DNA of 64,000 bases from an uncultured Candidatus Saccharibacteria bacterium (GCA_964424265.1 CAYRHX010000003.1:2269-66268), one strand, 5' to 3'. Shown: positions 35,698 through 46,760, counted from the stretch's first letter. Notes: a model not told the origin generated them from the letters alone. Numbers and translations are program-made.

Positions 35698-35769
35698 ATG
35701 TTTGAAAACCTCCTCCTCGAGCCGGTATCCTCTCGGAACCCGGATTTTCCTGCTGGAAAATTTTCATCC
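35698..35769 (-). repeat. half copy of the MITE-like repeat in reverse orientation, abutting the stop codon of the lyase gene
   Basis: aatgtttgaaaacctcctcctcgagccggtatcctctcggaacccggattttcctgctggaaaattttcatcc aligns with the reverse complement of the right arm of copy C (gcatgtttgaagaccttcgcttcgagacggtattccctcggaaaccggatttttctgctgaaaaatcc). It is preceded by CTAG, where TAG is the stop codon of the upstream gene. Confidence 0.65.
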
Positions 35770-35944
35770 ACTAATTTTTTCCTTTAACTGCGAAATGCCG
35801 GTACCGTTATTGCCGGCATCGGCAGAAGCTGCGAACGGTTCATGTCTAACTCCCTTTATCATTTCACCATCGCATGATCGCGACGGATTCCAAAAACATA
35901 CAGTTAGCGACCCCCCCCCGTCAAGTAAGGTCAGGATTCGGTGG

Positions 35945-37036
35945 CTACACTCTTAAATATCCTTTTTTGTACGCAAGCTCGGCACTCAGGATGCCGCCGC
36001 CAGCGGCGCCGCGGACGGTGTTGTGGGAGAGGGCGACAAATTTGTAGTCGAATACAGGGCACGGGCGGAGACGGCCGATGGATACGGCCATTCCTTTATC
36101 GGCATCGCGATCGCGCTTAGGCTGCGGACGATTTTGTTCCTCGCGGTAGATGATCGGCTGCTTTGGTGCAAACGGAAGGTCGAGAGCTTGCGGCTCGGCT
36201 GTAAATTTCGCCCAAATACTTTTTATCTCTTCGATCGTTGGCTTTTTACCCTTGAACGAGAGGTTGACGCACGCGGTATGACCATCGATCACGGGCACCC
36301 GATTGCACTGTGCGGTGATGGCAAGACCCGTGTGTGATACAAACTTCCCCTCCGCCATTGACCCCAAAATTTTGAGCGGCTCTTGCTCAGTCTTTTCTTC
36401 TTCACCACCGATGTAGGGCACCACATTGTCGATCATATCGAGCGATGAGACGCCCGGATATCCGGCACCCGAAACTGCTTGCATGGTCGTCACGGCAATT
36501 TTATCGATCTCGTATCCCGCCTGCATGAGCGCGAAGAGCGGCGTGAGGTAGCTTTGAATGCTGCAATTGGGCTTCACGACGATAAAGCCGCTTTTCCACC
36601 CGCGCGCTTTTTGCTGCGCAGGAATGATGTCGAGGTGGTGAGGGTTAATTTCTGCGATGATCATCGGCACATCAGAAGTGCCGCGATGCGCAGACGCATT
36701 GGAAAAGACTGGCATGCCTGCCGCAGCATACGAATCTTCGGCTGCGCGGATAGCTTCTTTCTCGGGCATTTCAAACGCAGAAAAGACGAGCTTGCATTCC
36801 GCTGCTGCGGCCGCAACATCCGCGACATCATGCACGATGAGCTCGGCAACATCTGCGAGCATCTCACCATCCACAATCCACCCGCTCCGCAGGGCATCAC
36901 GATATTTCTTGCCCGCCGACTGGGGAGATGCAGCAACGTATGCCACACGAAACCACGGATGATCGGCAAGCAAGCGAATATACTGCTGCCCTACCATGCC
37001 TGTCGCACCCAATATACCGACGGGAATCTTTTCCAT
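35945..37036 (-). CDS. asd: aspartate-semialdehyde dehydrogenase
   Basis: NAD(P)-binding N-terminus (VGILGATGMVGQQYIRLL), active-site Cys region (VVKPNCSIQ) and the C-terminal dimerisation domain. Confidence 0.9.
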   Translation of the reverse strand: MEKIPVGILGATGMVGQQYIRLLADHPWFRVAYVAASPQSAGKKYRDALRSGWIVDGEMLADVAELIVHDVADVAAAAAECKLVFSAFEMPEKEAIRAAEDSYAAAGMPVFSNASAHRGTSDVPMIIAEINPHHLDIIPAQQKARGWKSGFIVVKPNCSIQSYLTPLFALMQAGYEIDKIAVTTMQAVSGAGYPGVSSLDMIDNVVPYIGGEEEKTEQEPLKILGSMAEGKFVSHTGLAITAQCNRVPVIDGHTACVNLSFKGKKPTIEEIKSIWAKFTAEPQALDLPFAPKQPIIYREEQNRPQPKRDRDADKGMAVSIGRLRPCPVFDYKFVALSHNTVRGAAGGGILSAELAYKKGYLRV

Positions 37037-37038
37037 AT

Positions 37039-39504
37039 CTATATTGTAGCAACTGCTGTGCGTAATATATCTGCAAATACACCTGCCGCTGTGACTTCTG
37101 CTCCAGCCCCGGGCCCCTGAATAATGAGAGGAGAGGTTTTATATCGATCCGTAAAGATCGAAACGATATTGTCATTGCCATAGAGGGCGTAAAAGGGATG
37201 CGTGATGTCAACGGCTTTGAGGGAGACACTCGCCTTCCCCTTATTAAGGCTCGCCACATAACGAAGCACTTTCCCTTCCTTTCCCGCTGCTTTCTTTCGT
37301 TTCTCGTACTCTCCATCTTCGCGCTTGAGCTGTTCAAAGAATTTTTCAATAGATGCCGCATCGCGAGACTTGGGCGAAAGTAGGCTTCGCACCTTGACGT
37401 CTTTCAACTCCAGGGGTAGACCAATTTCGCGCGCGAGGATGAGAATCTTGCGAGCTACATCGAGCCCACTCAAATCGTTGCGCGGATCAGGCTCAGCATA
37501 ACCGAGAGAACGCGCCTCGCGCACGACCTCGCTAAACGGCTTATTACCGCTGAAATTGTCAAAAATATAACTCAGAGTACCTGAAAGTACAGCTTCGATA
37601 CGAGTCACACGATCTCCGGAAAGCAAAAGGTCTTTAAGTGTACCCAAAACAGGCAATCCGGCACCGACATTTGTCTCATACAAGAACTTCACACCGTGCC
37701 CCGAAGCACACGTCTGCAACGCTTTGTACTGCTCGTATGGGCCGGAATTTGCAGTCTTGTTTGGTGTAACGATGGAAATACCTCCGCTCAACACATCTAG
37801 ATAGTGCGGAGCCATGTCGCTACCTCCGGTGCAATCCACAAATACGCTGTTTGGCAATTCCGCTGATTTCATCGTTTGAATGAACTTCGCGATATTCATG
37901 GTGAGAGCGGATTGCTGAAGCGCCATCCTCCATCCCGTTTGAGGAATGCCACCAAAATCAAACGCCATTCGTTTGGAATTTCCTATCCCGATCAACCGTA
38001 CCATATATCCATATTCCTCGGATAATGATTCCTGCTGCCGTTCAATTTGGTCCAACAACGCAGTGCCTACAACACCGGCGCCTACGACAAACACGTTTAC
38101 AACGACCTTCGTTGGAGAGAAAAAGGCGGCATGAATCGCATTGAGCGCTTTGATCTCATCGGACTTCTTAATGACAAACGAGATGTTGAGCTGGGACGAT
38201 CCTTGGGCAATCGCCACAATACTGATCCCATTCTTTCCAAGTGTCTGAAAAGCTCTTCCGGCAATTCCTCGCTGATTGTGAAGCCGCTCGCCGACGATAG
38301 CCATAACCGAGAGATCGTGTTCCGTGACCACGTCATCCATGAGCCGCTCATGACGCTCAAGAGAAAACTCTTCATGAATGACTGCGAGTGCCCTTTCTGC
38401 ATCTTTGGTAGCGACGGCAATCGATATCGAATTTTGAGACGACGCTTGCGTAATGACGATGACATTGATCGATTTTCTCGACAGTGCCGTAAAAAGGCGT
38501 CCGGCAGCGCCTCGAATATTGAGCATGCCGCTTCCGCCTACCTGCAACACGCTCACGTTGCTTATCGAGGAGATACCCTTTGCGAGAGCGCCGTCATCGG
38601 AGGAGGTCGTTCCGATCACCGTACCCGCTGCATTCGGCTCAAACGTATTTTTTATTAAAATGGGTATCTTTCTTTCGAGAGCAGGCTGCATGGTCGGCGG
38701 ATGAATCACCTTTGCTCCAAAGTAGGACATTTCAACAGCTTCCTGGTAGGTCATCGCAGGGAGGGGGCGCGCATCCTTGACCTTGCGCGGATCCGCCGTC
38801 ATTACACCGGAGACATCGGTCCAAATCTCAATCGCTCGGGCTCCAAGAGCCGCCCCAAGAATCGACGCTGTGTAATCGCTTCCTCCGCGACCTAAGGTCG
38901 TCGTCTCTTTGTCTTTTGTCGCCGCGATAAAACCCGTGACAATCTGAAGTTTTGGGTGCGCCTTAAAGTGCTTGCGAATCGAGCCGTTCGTTGTCTTGAA
39001 ATCCACTGCGGCAGAACCAAACGAATCGTTCGTAGTAATGATAGACCGCGCGTTGAGATATTCGCATGCGATACCTGCATCAAGAAAAGCCTCGGTAAGC
39101 ACGTGTGCGGAAAGCCTCTCGCCATAACTCATGACGTGATCGAGCGCTCGTGGAGAGAGCTCCCGAAGAAGTCGTATTCCTCGCACTACATCGCGCAAAT
39201 AACCGATGAGCTCGCGGACGCGCGCTGTAGCCCGTTTTCGATTGCGCACTCGCACAAGCGATTCAATCGTATGAATGTGCCGCTGCTCAAGCTCGTCGAG
39301 AAGAGTTGCAAATGAATCGTCCGAAGCTGCAGAAGCTTCAGCGATGCGAATGAGTTGGTCGGTGACGCCGCTCATGGCAGAAACAACAACCGCCGCCACT
39401 TTCCCCTTGTTAGAAGACTTTTGAACAATCGCCATCACTTGTCGCATGGCATCCGCGGATCCCATAGATGTCCCGCCAAACTTCAGGACCCTCACTCCTT
39501 TCAT
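37039..39504 (-). CDS. bifunctional aspartokinase / homoserine dehydrogenase (ThrA-like)
   Basis: 821 aa. N-terminal amino-acid kinase (VLKFGGTSMGSADAMRQV), two ACT domains, and a C-terminal homoserine dehydrogenase with a Rossmann fold (VNVFVVGAGVVGTALLDQI). Confidence 0.9.
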   Translation of the reverse strand: MKGVRVLKFGGTSMGSADAMRQVMAIVQKSSNKGKVAAVVVSAMSGVTDQLIRIAEASAASDDSFATLLDELEQRHIHTIESLVRVRNRKRATARVRELIGYLRDVVRGIRLLRELSPRALDHVMSYGERLSAHVLTEAFLDAGIACEYLNARSIITTNDSFGSAAVDFKTTNGSIRKHFKAHPKLQIVTGFIAATKDKETTTLGRGGSDYTASILGAALGARAIEIWTDVSGVMTADPRKVKDARPLPAMTYQEAVEMSYFGAKVIHPPTMQPALERKIPILIKNTFEPNAAGTVIGTTSSDDGALAKGISSISNVSVLQVGGSGMLNIRGAAGRLFTALSRKSINVIVITQASSQNSISIAVATKDAERALAVIHEEFSLERHERLMDDVVTEHDLSVMAIVGERLHNQRGIAGRAFQTLGKNGISIVAIAQGSSQLNISFVIKKSDEIKALNAIHAAFFSPTKVVVNVFVVGAGVVGTALLDQIERQQESLSEEYGYMVRLIGIGNSKRMAFDFGGIPQTGWRMALQQSALTMNIAKFIQTMKSAELPNSVFVDCTGGSDMAPHYLDVLSGGISIVTPNKTANSGPYEQYKALQTCASGHGVKFLYETNVGAGLPVLGTLKDLLLSGDRVTRIEAVLSGTLSYIFDNFSGNKPFSEVVREARSLGYAEPDPRNDLSGLDVARKILILAREIGLPLELKDVKVRSLLSPKSRDAASIEKFFEQLKREDGEYEKRKKAAGKEGKVLRYVASLNKGKASVSLKAVDITHPFYALYGNDNIVSIFTDRYKTSPLIIQGPGAGAEVTAAGVFADILRTAVATI

Positions 39505-39549
39505 ATGAATACGCTAACACGCGATACTAGTGATGTCAACATTTGGCGT

Positions 39550-40182
39550 TTATACTTTCAACTTCTCTGCATTTACGCTTCGGATCTTTTTGCTAAGGAC
39601 CTTTCCCGAAGTATCGAGCTCGTAGCACCACACTTCGCCCGTTCCAATCTCTAGCTCAGCAACCTTGTCCTCAGGAATGTTTTCAAGATGTTTTACGAGC
39701 GCACGAAGAGAATTGCCATGAGCAACAACGAGAATATTCTTCCCTTGCATCATCAGTGGCTTGATATTTTTTTCGTAGTACGGCATGACACGAGCGTGCA
39801 CGTCTTTCAGCGTCTCCCCCTCCGGAATCTTCACATCCCATCCGCGTCGTAAATTATGAAAAGCCTCTTCGCCAATCTCTTTTTGCACCTCCCATTTATT
39901 TTTGCCTGTATACACGCCGTAATGTCGCTCTTTAATCGCAGGATCGATCGTCACCGGCATGTCAGGCTTCTCAAGCACTCGACAAATCTCGGTAAACGTC
40001 TCTTGCGCCCGTTTGAGGTCTGACACAAACGCGCAATCGATCGGGATATCACGAATAGCCTCGGCCGCAGATTGAGCCTCGTGGACGCCCTCCTCCACGA
40101 GCCCTATGTCCGTATGACCCGTCCACTTACCCAAACGATTCCACTCTGATTTACCGTGCCGCACTAAGAGAAGATACGACAT
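39550..40182 (-). CDS. gpmA: 2,3-bisphosphoglycerate-dependent phosphoglycerate mutase
   Basis: LLLVRHGKSEWN and RERHYG-type motifs, and VVAHGNSLRAL. Confidence 0.85.
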   Translation of the reverse strand: MSYLLLVRHGKSEWNRLGKWTGHTDIGLVEEGVHEAQSAAEAIRDIPIDCAFVSDLKRAQETFTEICRVLEKPDMPVTIDPAIKERHYGVYTGKNKWEVQKEIGEEAFHNLRRGWDVKIPEGETLKDVHARVMPYYEKNIKPLMMQGKNILVVAHGNSLRALVKHLENIPEDKVAELEIGTGEVWCYELDTSGKVLSKKIRSVNAEKLKV

Positions 40183-40184
40183 AA

Positions 40185-41474
40185 TTATGTAAAGGCACCC
40201 TTCCCCGCAAAGACGGCCTTGTCGCCTAGCATCTCTTCGATTCGCAATAGCTCGTTGTATTTTGCTACTCTATCGCTGCGGCTCGTCGAACCGGTCTTAA
40301 TCTGTCCAGTACCGAGACCGACTGCTAAATGCGCGATGGTTGTGTCCTCGGTCTCTCCGGATCGATGCGACATCACCGCACGCCAACCTGCTCCATGCGC
40401 CATATCAACCGCGGCGATAGTTTCTGAAAGCGTGCCGATCTGATTCACCTTTATGAGAATGGCATTTGCCGCTTTCTCTTTGATACCCCGTTCAAGAAAC
40501 TTCACGTTCGTTACCAAAAGGTCGTCGCCCACGAGCTGAGTCGTGCCACCCAATCGAGCCGTGAGTTTCTTCCATCCATTCCAATCATCTTCGGCAAGAC
40601 CATCTTCAATAGATTTGATGGGATACTGGGCGCACATTTTTGCATACCAATCGACCATCTCATCCGCTGTAAATTGCTTCTTTTCGATGCGAGAAAGGTA
40701 CGTGCCATTCTCATACAATTCGGAGGCAGCTGAATCGAGGGCAATAGCGACATCATTCCCCAGGTGATACCCGGCACCCCGGACAGACTCCGCCACGAGT
40801 GCAAGTGCCTCTTCATTCCCCCCTTTTACCGCAGGTGCAAAGCCACCCTCGTCACCCACCGACGTACTGTATCCCTTGAGCTTGAGTATTTTCTTGAGAG
40901 CATGAAATACTTCCGCCATCATGCGCAAACCCTCTCGAAACGTCGGCGCACCCACGGGCATAATCATAAATTCCTGGAGATCTGTCGATTGCCAGTCGGT
41001 GTGTGCTCCGCCATTCAAAATATTGCACTGTGGGAGCGGCAATATGAAATCACGCGGAGATGCGGAGAGGCCACGAACGTATTCAAACAGTGGAACCTCT
41101 TTTGTTGCCGCCGCAGCTTTCGCAACAGCAAGCGAAACCCCCAGTATCGCATTTGCGCCAAGGCGACTTTTATTTGGCGTGCCATCGAGTGCGCAAAGCT
41201 TCGCATCAATCGACGTTTGATCTTCTACGCTCATTCCCACGATCGCTTGTGCAATTTCACCGCGCACATTATCCACCGCCCTCATCACACCTTTTCCTCC
41301 ATAGCGAGTCTTTTCTTCATCGCGGAGTTCGTGTGCCTCATGCGAACCCCTGGAAGCTCCTGAAGGCACTCCAGCACGACCGATCACACCCTCATCGGTA
41401 CTCACGTCGACCTCAATAGTAGGGTTACCCCGCGAATCCAAAATCTCGCGGGCACGAACTGAGTTGATTTTCAT
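40185..41474 (-). CDS. eno: enolase (phosphopyruvate hydratase)
   Basis: [23 protein letters not shown]-terminus and an enolase C-terminal TIM barrel ([18 protein letters not shown]). The ATG at 41474 or at 41483 could be the start. Confidence 0.95.
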   Translation of the reverse strand: MKINSVRAREILDSRGNPTIEVDVSTDEGVIGRAGVPSGASRGSHEAHELRDEEKTRYGGKGVMRAVDNVRGEIAQAIVGMSVEDQTSIDAKLCALDGTPNKSRLGANAILGVSLAVAKAAAATKEVPLFEYVRGLSASPRDFILPLPQCNILNGGAHTDWQSTDLQEFMIMPVGAPTFREGLRMMAEVFHALKKILKLKGYSTSVGDEGGFAPAVKGGNEEALALVAESVRGAGYHLGNDVAIALDSAASELYENGTYLSRIEKKQFTADEMVDWYAKMCAQYPIKSIEDGLAEDDWNGWKKLTARLGGTTQLVGDDLLVTNVKFLERGIKEKAANAILIKVNQIGTLSETIAAVDMAHGAGWRAVMSHRSGETEDTTIAHLAVGLGTGQIKTGSTSRSDRVAKYNELLRIEEMLGDKAVFAGKGAFT

Positions 41475-41489
41475 ACCCGCCATTATATA

Positions 41490-42767
41490 TCAAAGTTTAA
41501 TCGTATCTGGGGTCGCCTTTTCTTCATCGACTATTTGTGACTGATCGATCAGGTCGTCTTGCTGTGGCATTGCTCGATATGCATACCATGACGCAAGAAT
41601 AGCCGCGGTACCACTGAGCGCAAGCCCCCATCGCGCGCCCGCGTATTGCCCCACAAACCCGATGATCGGTGCACCAACGAGTGTGGAACCGAAAATCGCC
41701 ATGGCCCAAAAGGACATAACCCTCCCACGCATATGCGGTGCCGCACTCAATTGGATCGTCGTGTTACCAAGTGACAAAAGATTGATCGAAAAGAACCCTA
41801 CGAAGAACATGCCAATGACCGCAAGACCGAGTGTGGGCATGATACCGGTGAGACAGATAGAAACACCGAAGAAAAAAGCCGCGCCGATAAATTCACGCGC
41901 AGCGATTCTCTGACGGCTCACCGCAAAGAGACCTCCCGCAACAGAACCTGCGCCCATTGCGGAGACAAGCGCTGCATAATCCGCGGCGGTACCACCAAAA
42001 GTATTTTGTGCGAGGAGAGGAAGCGTCACCTGAAATTCATACGAGAACGTCCCGATCACCGCCATTACGACGAGCACCGCGCGAATAACAGGAACAGACA
42101 ACACATACACGAGCCCTGCCCATATGTCACCCATGGGCTTGGACTCTGTCGACTCGCGACGAAAATCTTTTGAGTCCATGAGAGAAATGACAAACAATAC
42201 CGCGCAAAACGAGATCGCGTTTGCGAGAAAGCAAAATGCGATACCTACGGTCGCAATCAGCGATCCAGCGATGAGAGGGCCGAGCGCGCGCGCGAGATTA
42301 GCCTCGGTCGAATTGAGCGTAACGGCGTTGCGTAAATTCTCACGCCCGACCATTTCGTGCACAAATGTCTGGCGTGTAGGATGATCTATAACGTCGACCG
42401 ACCCGTAAATTGCCGCGAACATAAAAAGCATCCACACTTGAATAGTCTCGGTGTACACTGAGATGCTAAGAGCAAGCGCCAAAATCACGAAAAGTGATTG
42501 TGTTACGTAGAGGATTTTGCGCTTCTCGAACCGATCGACGATCATGCCAGCAAACGGACCGCCAAAAAGCATTGGAGCGAAGCGCACAGCAAGTACACTT
42601 CCGAGCGCGACGCCATTGCCTGTAAGCTGCAACACCAGCCAACTCATCCCCACAACCTGCATCCAGTTACCCGCGAAGGAAAGACCCTGACCGATAAAGT
42701 ACAATCGATAATTACGAATCCTCAATGAGGCAAACATCTGATATCCGACAGTTTTGATAGCATTCAT
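41490..42767 (-). CDS. MFS transporter
   Basis: Twelve predicted TM helices and an MFS motif region (GPFAGMIVDRFEKRKIL). The start is ambiguous between ATG 42767 and ATG 42737. Confidence 0.75.
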   Translation of the reverse strand: MNAIKTVGYQMFASLRIRNYRLYFIGQGLSFAGNWMQVVGMSWLVLQLTGNGVALGSVLAVRFAPMLFGGPFAGMIVDRFEKRKILYVTQSLFVILALALSISVYTETIQVWMLFMFAAIYGSVDVIDHPTRQTFVHEMVGRENLRNAVTLNSTEANLARALGPLIAGSLIATVGIAFCFLANAISFCAVLFVISLMDSKDFRRESTESKPMGDIWAGLVYVLSVPVIRAVLVVMAVIGTFSYEFQVTLPLLAQNTFGGTAADYAALVSAMGAGSVAGGLFAVSRQRIAAREFIGAAFFFGVSICLTGIMPTLGLAVIGMFFVGFFSINLLSLGNTTIQLSAAPHMRGRVMSFWAMAIFGSTLVGAPIIGFVGQYAGARWGLALSGTAAILASWYAYRAMPQQDDLIDQSQIVDEEKATPDTIKL

Positions 42768-42801
42768 ACGTCTTGACCGATAGAGAATACCGCTTAAAAC
42801 C

Positions 42802-45510
42802 CTACACTGCACTGTGGGCGGCAACATTCGGCACGGCCGTCCGGATACGAGCGAGAAATTTTCGAATTTCATCTGCAACAATGATAGAAGACGCGACTAC
42901 GAATATCATACCCCACTCGGCGAGCGTAAGCGGCATCGTGTGCAACACCTTCTGAAAGAGTGGATTGTACACAGCGAAGAGCTGCAAAATGACAACTATG
43001 CACGTCGCGCCGATGAGGTACATGTTTGAAAATGGATTCATCTGGAATATCGACTTTTTATCTGATCGACAATTCCACGCATTAAACCATTGAAACACAG
43101 CAAGCGTGGTGAGGGATACGGTCCACGCCTTGGTCATATCTGCGCCAACGTAATCTTTGAAAAGATAGAGTGTCCCACACATCATTGCGACGGCTACAAG
43201 AACAATTCTCCGCATCATCGCCCAATCCACAAGATACTTTTTTGTTTTTGCGAAAGTGCGCGAAAGAAGCCCAGGCTCTTTCGGCTCCATCGCAAGTGCA
43301 ACATCAAGAAAACCATCGGTAACGAAATTGAGCCAGATAATCTGTGCAGCAAGAAGCGGCAGTGGGAGTCCGAGCGCAAGTGCACCAATGAGCGTCAGCG
43401 TCTCACCAGCACTCGTGCTGAAAAGATAGAGAACTACTTTGCGTATTGAGAGATAGATACTTCGCCCTTCTTCAACAGCAGAAACAATACTTCCGAAATT
43501 ATCGTCGAGCAAGACCAAATCTGACGCTTCTTTCGCAACCTCAGTCCCCATGCGCCCCATGGACACACCGAGATCAGCAGCCACAAGAGAAGGGGCATCA
43601 TTCACCCCATCTCCTGTCATCGCAATCACGTCACCGCGTTTCTTGTAGGCGTTGATGATACGAAGTTTGTGCTCCGGCGTAACGCGCGCAAATACGGAGA
43701 CATTCGAAAGTCGCGTTGAAAGCGCGTCATCCAAGGTCTGATCGATCTCGTGTCCAGTCAATACCTCGTCACCCTGACGATAGATACCTGCCTCCTTAGC
43801 GATCGCGCGCGCAGTGAGCACATGATCTCCTGTAATCATAACAACGCGTATCCCCGCCTCTTCTGCCCTCCGCAAGGCTTCCGATACCCCTTCGCGCAAT
43901 GCGTCTTTCATACCAAAGAGACCGACGAACACGAGATCGCGTACATTGTCGGGGCTCACTGCAGACGGAGCGTCAAGATCCGAGGCAAACGCAAGAACAC
44001 GAAGTCCTTTGGAAGTCATTTCTGATACGATACGTTCGATTTCCTCTTTCTCGTGCTCCGTAAGTGGATGTGATGCCCCATCGCGCCACACGTGACGCGA
44101 GTGTTGCAATACCTCCTCGGGAGCACCCACGATCGTAAGAATGTTTTTACCCTCGTGTGCGTGGAGTGTGCCGTGATATTTGAGCGTGTGATCAAAGGGG
44201 ATCTCTCCAATTTGAGGAGAGGTGCGCTCAAGAATATCTTTATGAAATCCAACCTTCTCGCCAAAAACTGCCATGGCAACTTCCGTGGGATCGCCGGTAA
44301 CTTGCCAACGCAGCTCTGTCTCCGAATACAAAGCACGGGCACCCGCGCAAAATGCAGCAATCCTGCCCGCATACAAAATATCCTGATTTTCAGCAGGATC
44401 GATAACCACCTCGTTGAGCAACACATCACCCTTAGGTTCGTACCCGACGCCACGAATTGTAAATATCTGCCGGCCGACCCACACTTCCTGAATGACGAGC
44501 TCGTTGCGCGTGATGGTGCCTGTCTTATCGACGGCAATAATTGATGCTTGACCAAGAGCCTCCACGGCCTGCAGTTGCTTTACGAGTGCGTTGCGCTTAG
44601 ACATCCTCCACACACCCGTCGCGAGGATGAGGGTCATCACAATCGGTAAACCTTCGGGAATGACAGACACCGCGAGCGAGACGACCGTAGCAAACATAAC
44701 GCGAGCTGAGTACCCTTCTGCAAGGCCAAAAAAGAATATTCCGGTACCAACAATCACAACCAACAAAATGATCGCGCGCGACAATTGTCGAATGTTTGCC
44801 TTGAGCGGTACATCCACACTGATCGAGGAAAGGTCTTTTGCAATACTTCCGATCACCGTTTTCAATCCAGTCGCAACGACAACGGCTCGCCCGCTGCCAC
44901 CGACTATATTTGTACCCTTAAATACCATGTTGACTTGATCTGCCGATGATTTGTTCTTTCCTACAAGCACTTCGTCGATTTTTGACACGGGTATAGACTC
45001 TCCGGTCAACATCGATTCATCAACGCGCATATTGTGGGCGAGGATGATACGTGCATCTGCTGGCACCTTTGCCCCTTCTTGGAGCACAATGATATCGCCC
45101 GGTACAACCTCCCGATCAGGAATAATCATCTCCTTTCCGTCACGAACAACCACGGCGTTTGTTTCCACCAGGTGTTCGAGTGCTTTGAGTGTGTTCTGCG
45201 CTCTTCCTTCCTGTACAGAGCCTACGATTGCATTGAATATAAGCACCGCAAGGATAATCAACGAATCCACCACTTCTCCCATTACAAAAACTACAGCACT
45301 TGCTCCAAACAATACGTAAATAAGCGGACTTTGAAATTGCCGTAAGAAAATTCGCGCAAGACTATCAGATTTTTTCTCAGGCAAGGTGTTCGCTCCTTCC
45401 TCTTTTAGGCGTCTCGCTGCTTCATCTACCCGGAGACCAAGCTCTCCAGAGCGAAGCTCGTCGAGAATACGAGGAACTGTGCGTGAGTACCAGGGTGTCA
45501 CGACAATCAT
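42802..45510 (-). CDS. P-type ATPase, cation-transporting (Ca2+-ATPase-like, type IIA/IIB)
   Basis: Phosphorylation motif DKTGTIT, hinge motifs MTGDHVLTARAIAKEAGI and GDGVNDAPSL, and TGES. Ten-TM architecture. ATG start at 45510. Confidence 0.9.
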   Translation of the reverse strand: MIVVTPWYSRTVPRILDELRSGELGLRVDEAARRLKEEGANTLPEKKSDSLARIFLRQFQSPLIYVLFGASAVVFVMGEVVDSLIILAVLIFNAIVGSVQEGRAQNTLKALEHLVETNAVVVRDGKEMIIPDREVVPGDIIVLQEGAKVPADARIILAHNMRVDESMLTGESIPVSKIDEVLVGKNKSSADQVNMVFKGTNIVGGSGRAVVVATGLKTVIGSIAKDLSSISVDVPLKANIRQLSRAIILLVVIVGTGIFFFGLAEGYSARVMFATVVSLAVSVIPEGLPIVMTLILATGVWRMSKRNALVKQLQAVEALGQASIIAVDKTGTITRNELVIQEVWVGRQIFTIRGVGYEPKGDVLLNEVVIDPAENQDILYAGRIAAFCAGARALYSETELRWQVTGDPTEVAMAVFGEKVGFHKDILERTSPQIGEIPFDHTLKYHGTLHAHEGKNILTIVGAPEEVLQHSRHVWRDGASHPLTEHEKEEIERIVSEMTSKGLRVLAFASDLDAPSAVSPDNVRDLVFVGLFGMKDALREGVSEALRRAEEAGIRVVMITGDHVLTARAIAKEAGIYRQGDEVLTGHEIDQTLDDALSTRLSNVSVFARVTPEHKLRIINAYKKRGDVIAMTGDGVNDAPSLVAADLGVSMGRMGTEVAKEASDLVLLDDNFGSIVSAVEEGRSIYLSIRKVVLYLFSTSAGETLTLIGALALGLPLPLLAAQIIWLNFVTDGFLDVALAMEPKEPGLLSRTFAKTKKYLVDWAMMRRIVLVAVAMMCGTLYLFKDYVGADMTKAWTVSLTTLAVFQWFNAWNCRSDKKSIFQMNPFSNMYLIGATCIVVILQLFAVYNPLFQKVLHTMPLTLAEWGMIFVVASSIIVADEIRKFLARIRTAVPNVAAHSAV

Positions 45511-45552
45511 TCTACAGCCTTTTTTGTATGTCAAATATCGCCATGAGTGAAT

Positions 45553-45804
45553 TCAGTCGAGCGGACCGATTTTACTCAGTATCCAATTCTCCGCTCGAAG
45601 AACGACGCTGTGAAGTTTCGGATACCTGAGCGTATGGATATCAAGCCACTTTCTAAAACGAGGTGATGTCATGGATAGGAGCATCAGTCCGATTGCCATA
45701 AATAAAAAGCCCTGAAGAAAAGGCAACACGAGGCCAAAGAGCCCTGCTACGACAAAGCATGTCCCCACAACGACGACCGCCGCTCGTTTTACGTGTTGTT
45801 TCAT
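45553..45804 (-). CDS. small membrane protein, YbaN/DUF454-like
   Basis: 83 aa. VVGTCFVVAGLFGLVLPFLQGFLFMAIGLMLLSMTSPRFRKWL resembles the DUF454 pattern (G--GxxLP-LPTTPF-LLAA--FARSSPRFH-WL). Confidence 0.45.
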   Translation of the reverse strand: MKQHVKRAAVVVVGTCFVVAGLFGLVLPFLQGFLFMAIGLMLLSMTSPRFRKWLDIHTLRYPKLHSVVLRAENWILSKIGPLD

Positions 45805-45827
45805 AGCATTGTTTTCAGTTCCTCATT

Positions 45828-46568
45828 TTACACTGCATTGAGATTTTTTCTACGCACCTCACGAATCCCGAACCACACTAAGATTGCGGCGATGGCAAAC
45901 TGTAGAAGTGCCGTGCTCTCTTTCGGATCCGGTAATACAAACCCAAGAATGTAGACCTGTAGTGGTATCCAAAAAATGATCGCAATAAACGAGAGCGCGA
46001 GAGACTTCAAAAGTCCGGTTCGCGCAATACCCATACAAATATTCGTGACTGCAAGAATGTTGGGGTGCGCGGCAGAGAGAAACACTGCCCACCGCCCCCG
46101 CTTTTCAAGCCACGCTTGCATGTCCTCGACAGTCCGCTCAGCCCCAAAATGAAGAAGTAACCGATAGAAACCCTCTTTGCCGAGCCAATAATTTATAATA
46201 GTGGCGGTTAGCACGCTCGCCCACCCTACAAACACAATTTCTCCAAGGGACAACGGGCTTCTGTCAGAAACCAATATCGCGAGAACAAAAACAAAAGACC
46301 CCGGAAAATACAAACTGATCATGAAAAGACTTTCAATAACGGCAGCTACATACAGCGCGAAAAGACCGTACCGATCAAAAAATCCCTTTGCTATATCCGT
46401 GTAGGTATCTATCCCGGGTAATCCTAGAGACTCTCTAAAAAAGAGAACCGCACTGAAACCAATAGCAAGTGCGAAATAAAAAAAGCCTGGCGCAAGATAC
46501 TCTACCCAGGCTCTCACATGACTCACGAGCAATAGCATTGATTCCACTGTAGCAGACAAATTATCCAA
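45828..46568 (-). CDS. DedA / VTT-domain (SNARE-associated) family membrane protein
   Basis: 246 aa and polytopic, with a VTT-like core (YGLFALYVAAVIESLFMISLYFPGSFVFVLAILV). The displayed sequence near 46555-46560 appears 1 nt out of frame with the ORF-track translation, so the exact start is uncertain. Confidence 0.55.
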   Translation of the reverse strand: MDNLSATVESMLLLVSHVRAWVEYLAPGFFYFALAIGFSAVLFFRESLGLPGIDTYTDIAKGFFDRYGLFALYVAAVIESLFMISLYFPGSFVFVLAILVSDRSPLSLGEIVFVGWASVLTATIINYWLGKEGFYRLLLHFGAERTVEDMQAWLEKRGRWAVFLSAAHPNILAVTNICMGIARTGLLKSLALSFIAIIFWIPLQVYILGFVLPDPKESTALLQFAIAAILVWFGIREVRRKNLNAV

Positions 46569-46760
46569 TTCTCACGCTTTTGTATATACACTTGATGCAC
46601 TGCGTCTGGTTCGGACGAGTTTTGATATATTTATTCTTACACGCGCACAGTGCCACGACAACGGTACTCTTTTTCTCAACCCATTTCCCGTTTTTTTGAA
46701 ATGTCTTTGTAGGAAGATTCATCGGTGTTATAATAACACATCTTCACCCATAAATCAAAT

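Noticed and set aside
46530-46568. Apparent 1-nt frame inconsistency between the displayed sequence and the ORF-track translation at the DedA N-terminus (MDNLSATVES...)
   Set aside because: It cannot be resolved from the text and is probably a transcription or indexing ambiguity on my side. DedA is reported with reduced confidence and its exact start is left open. I do not call it a pseudogene.
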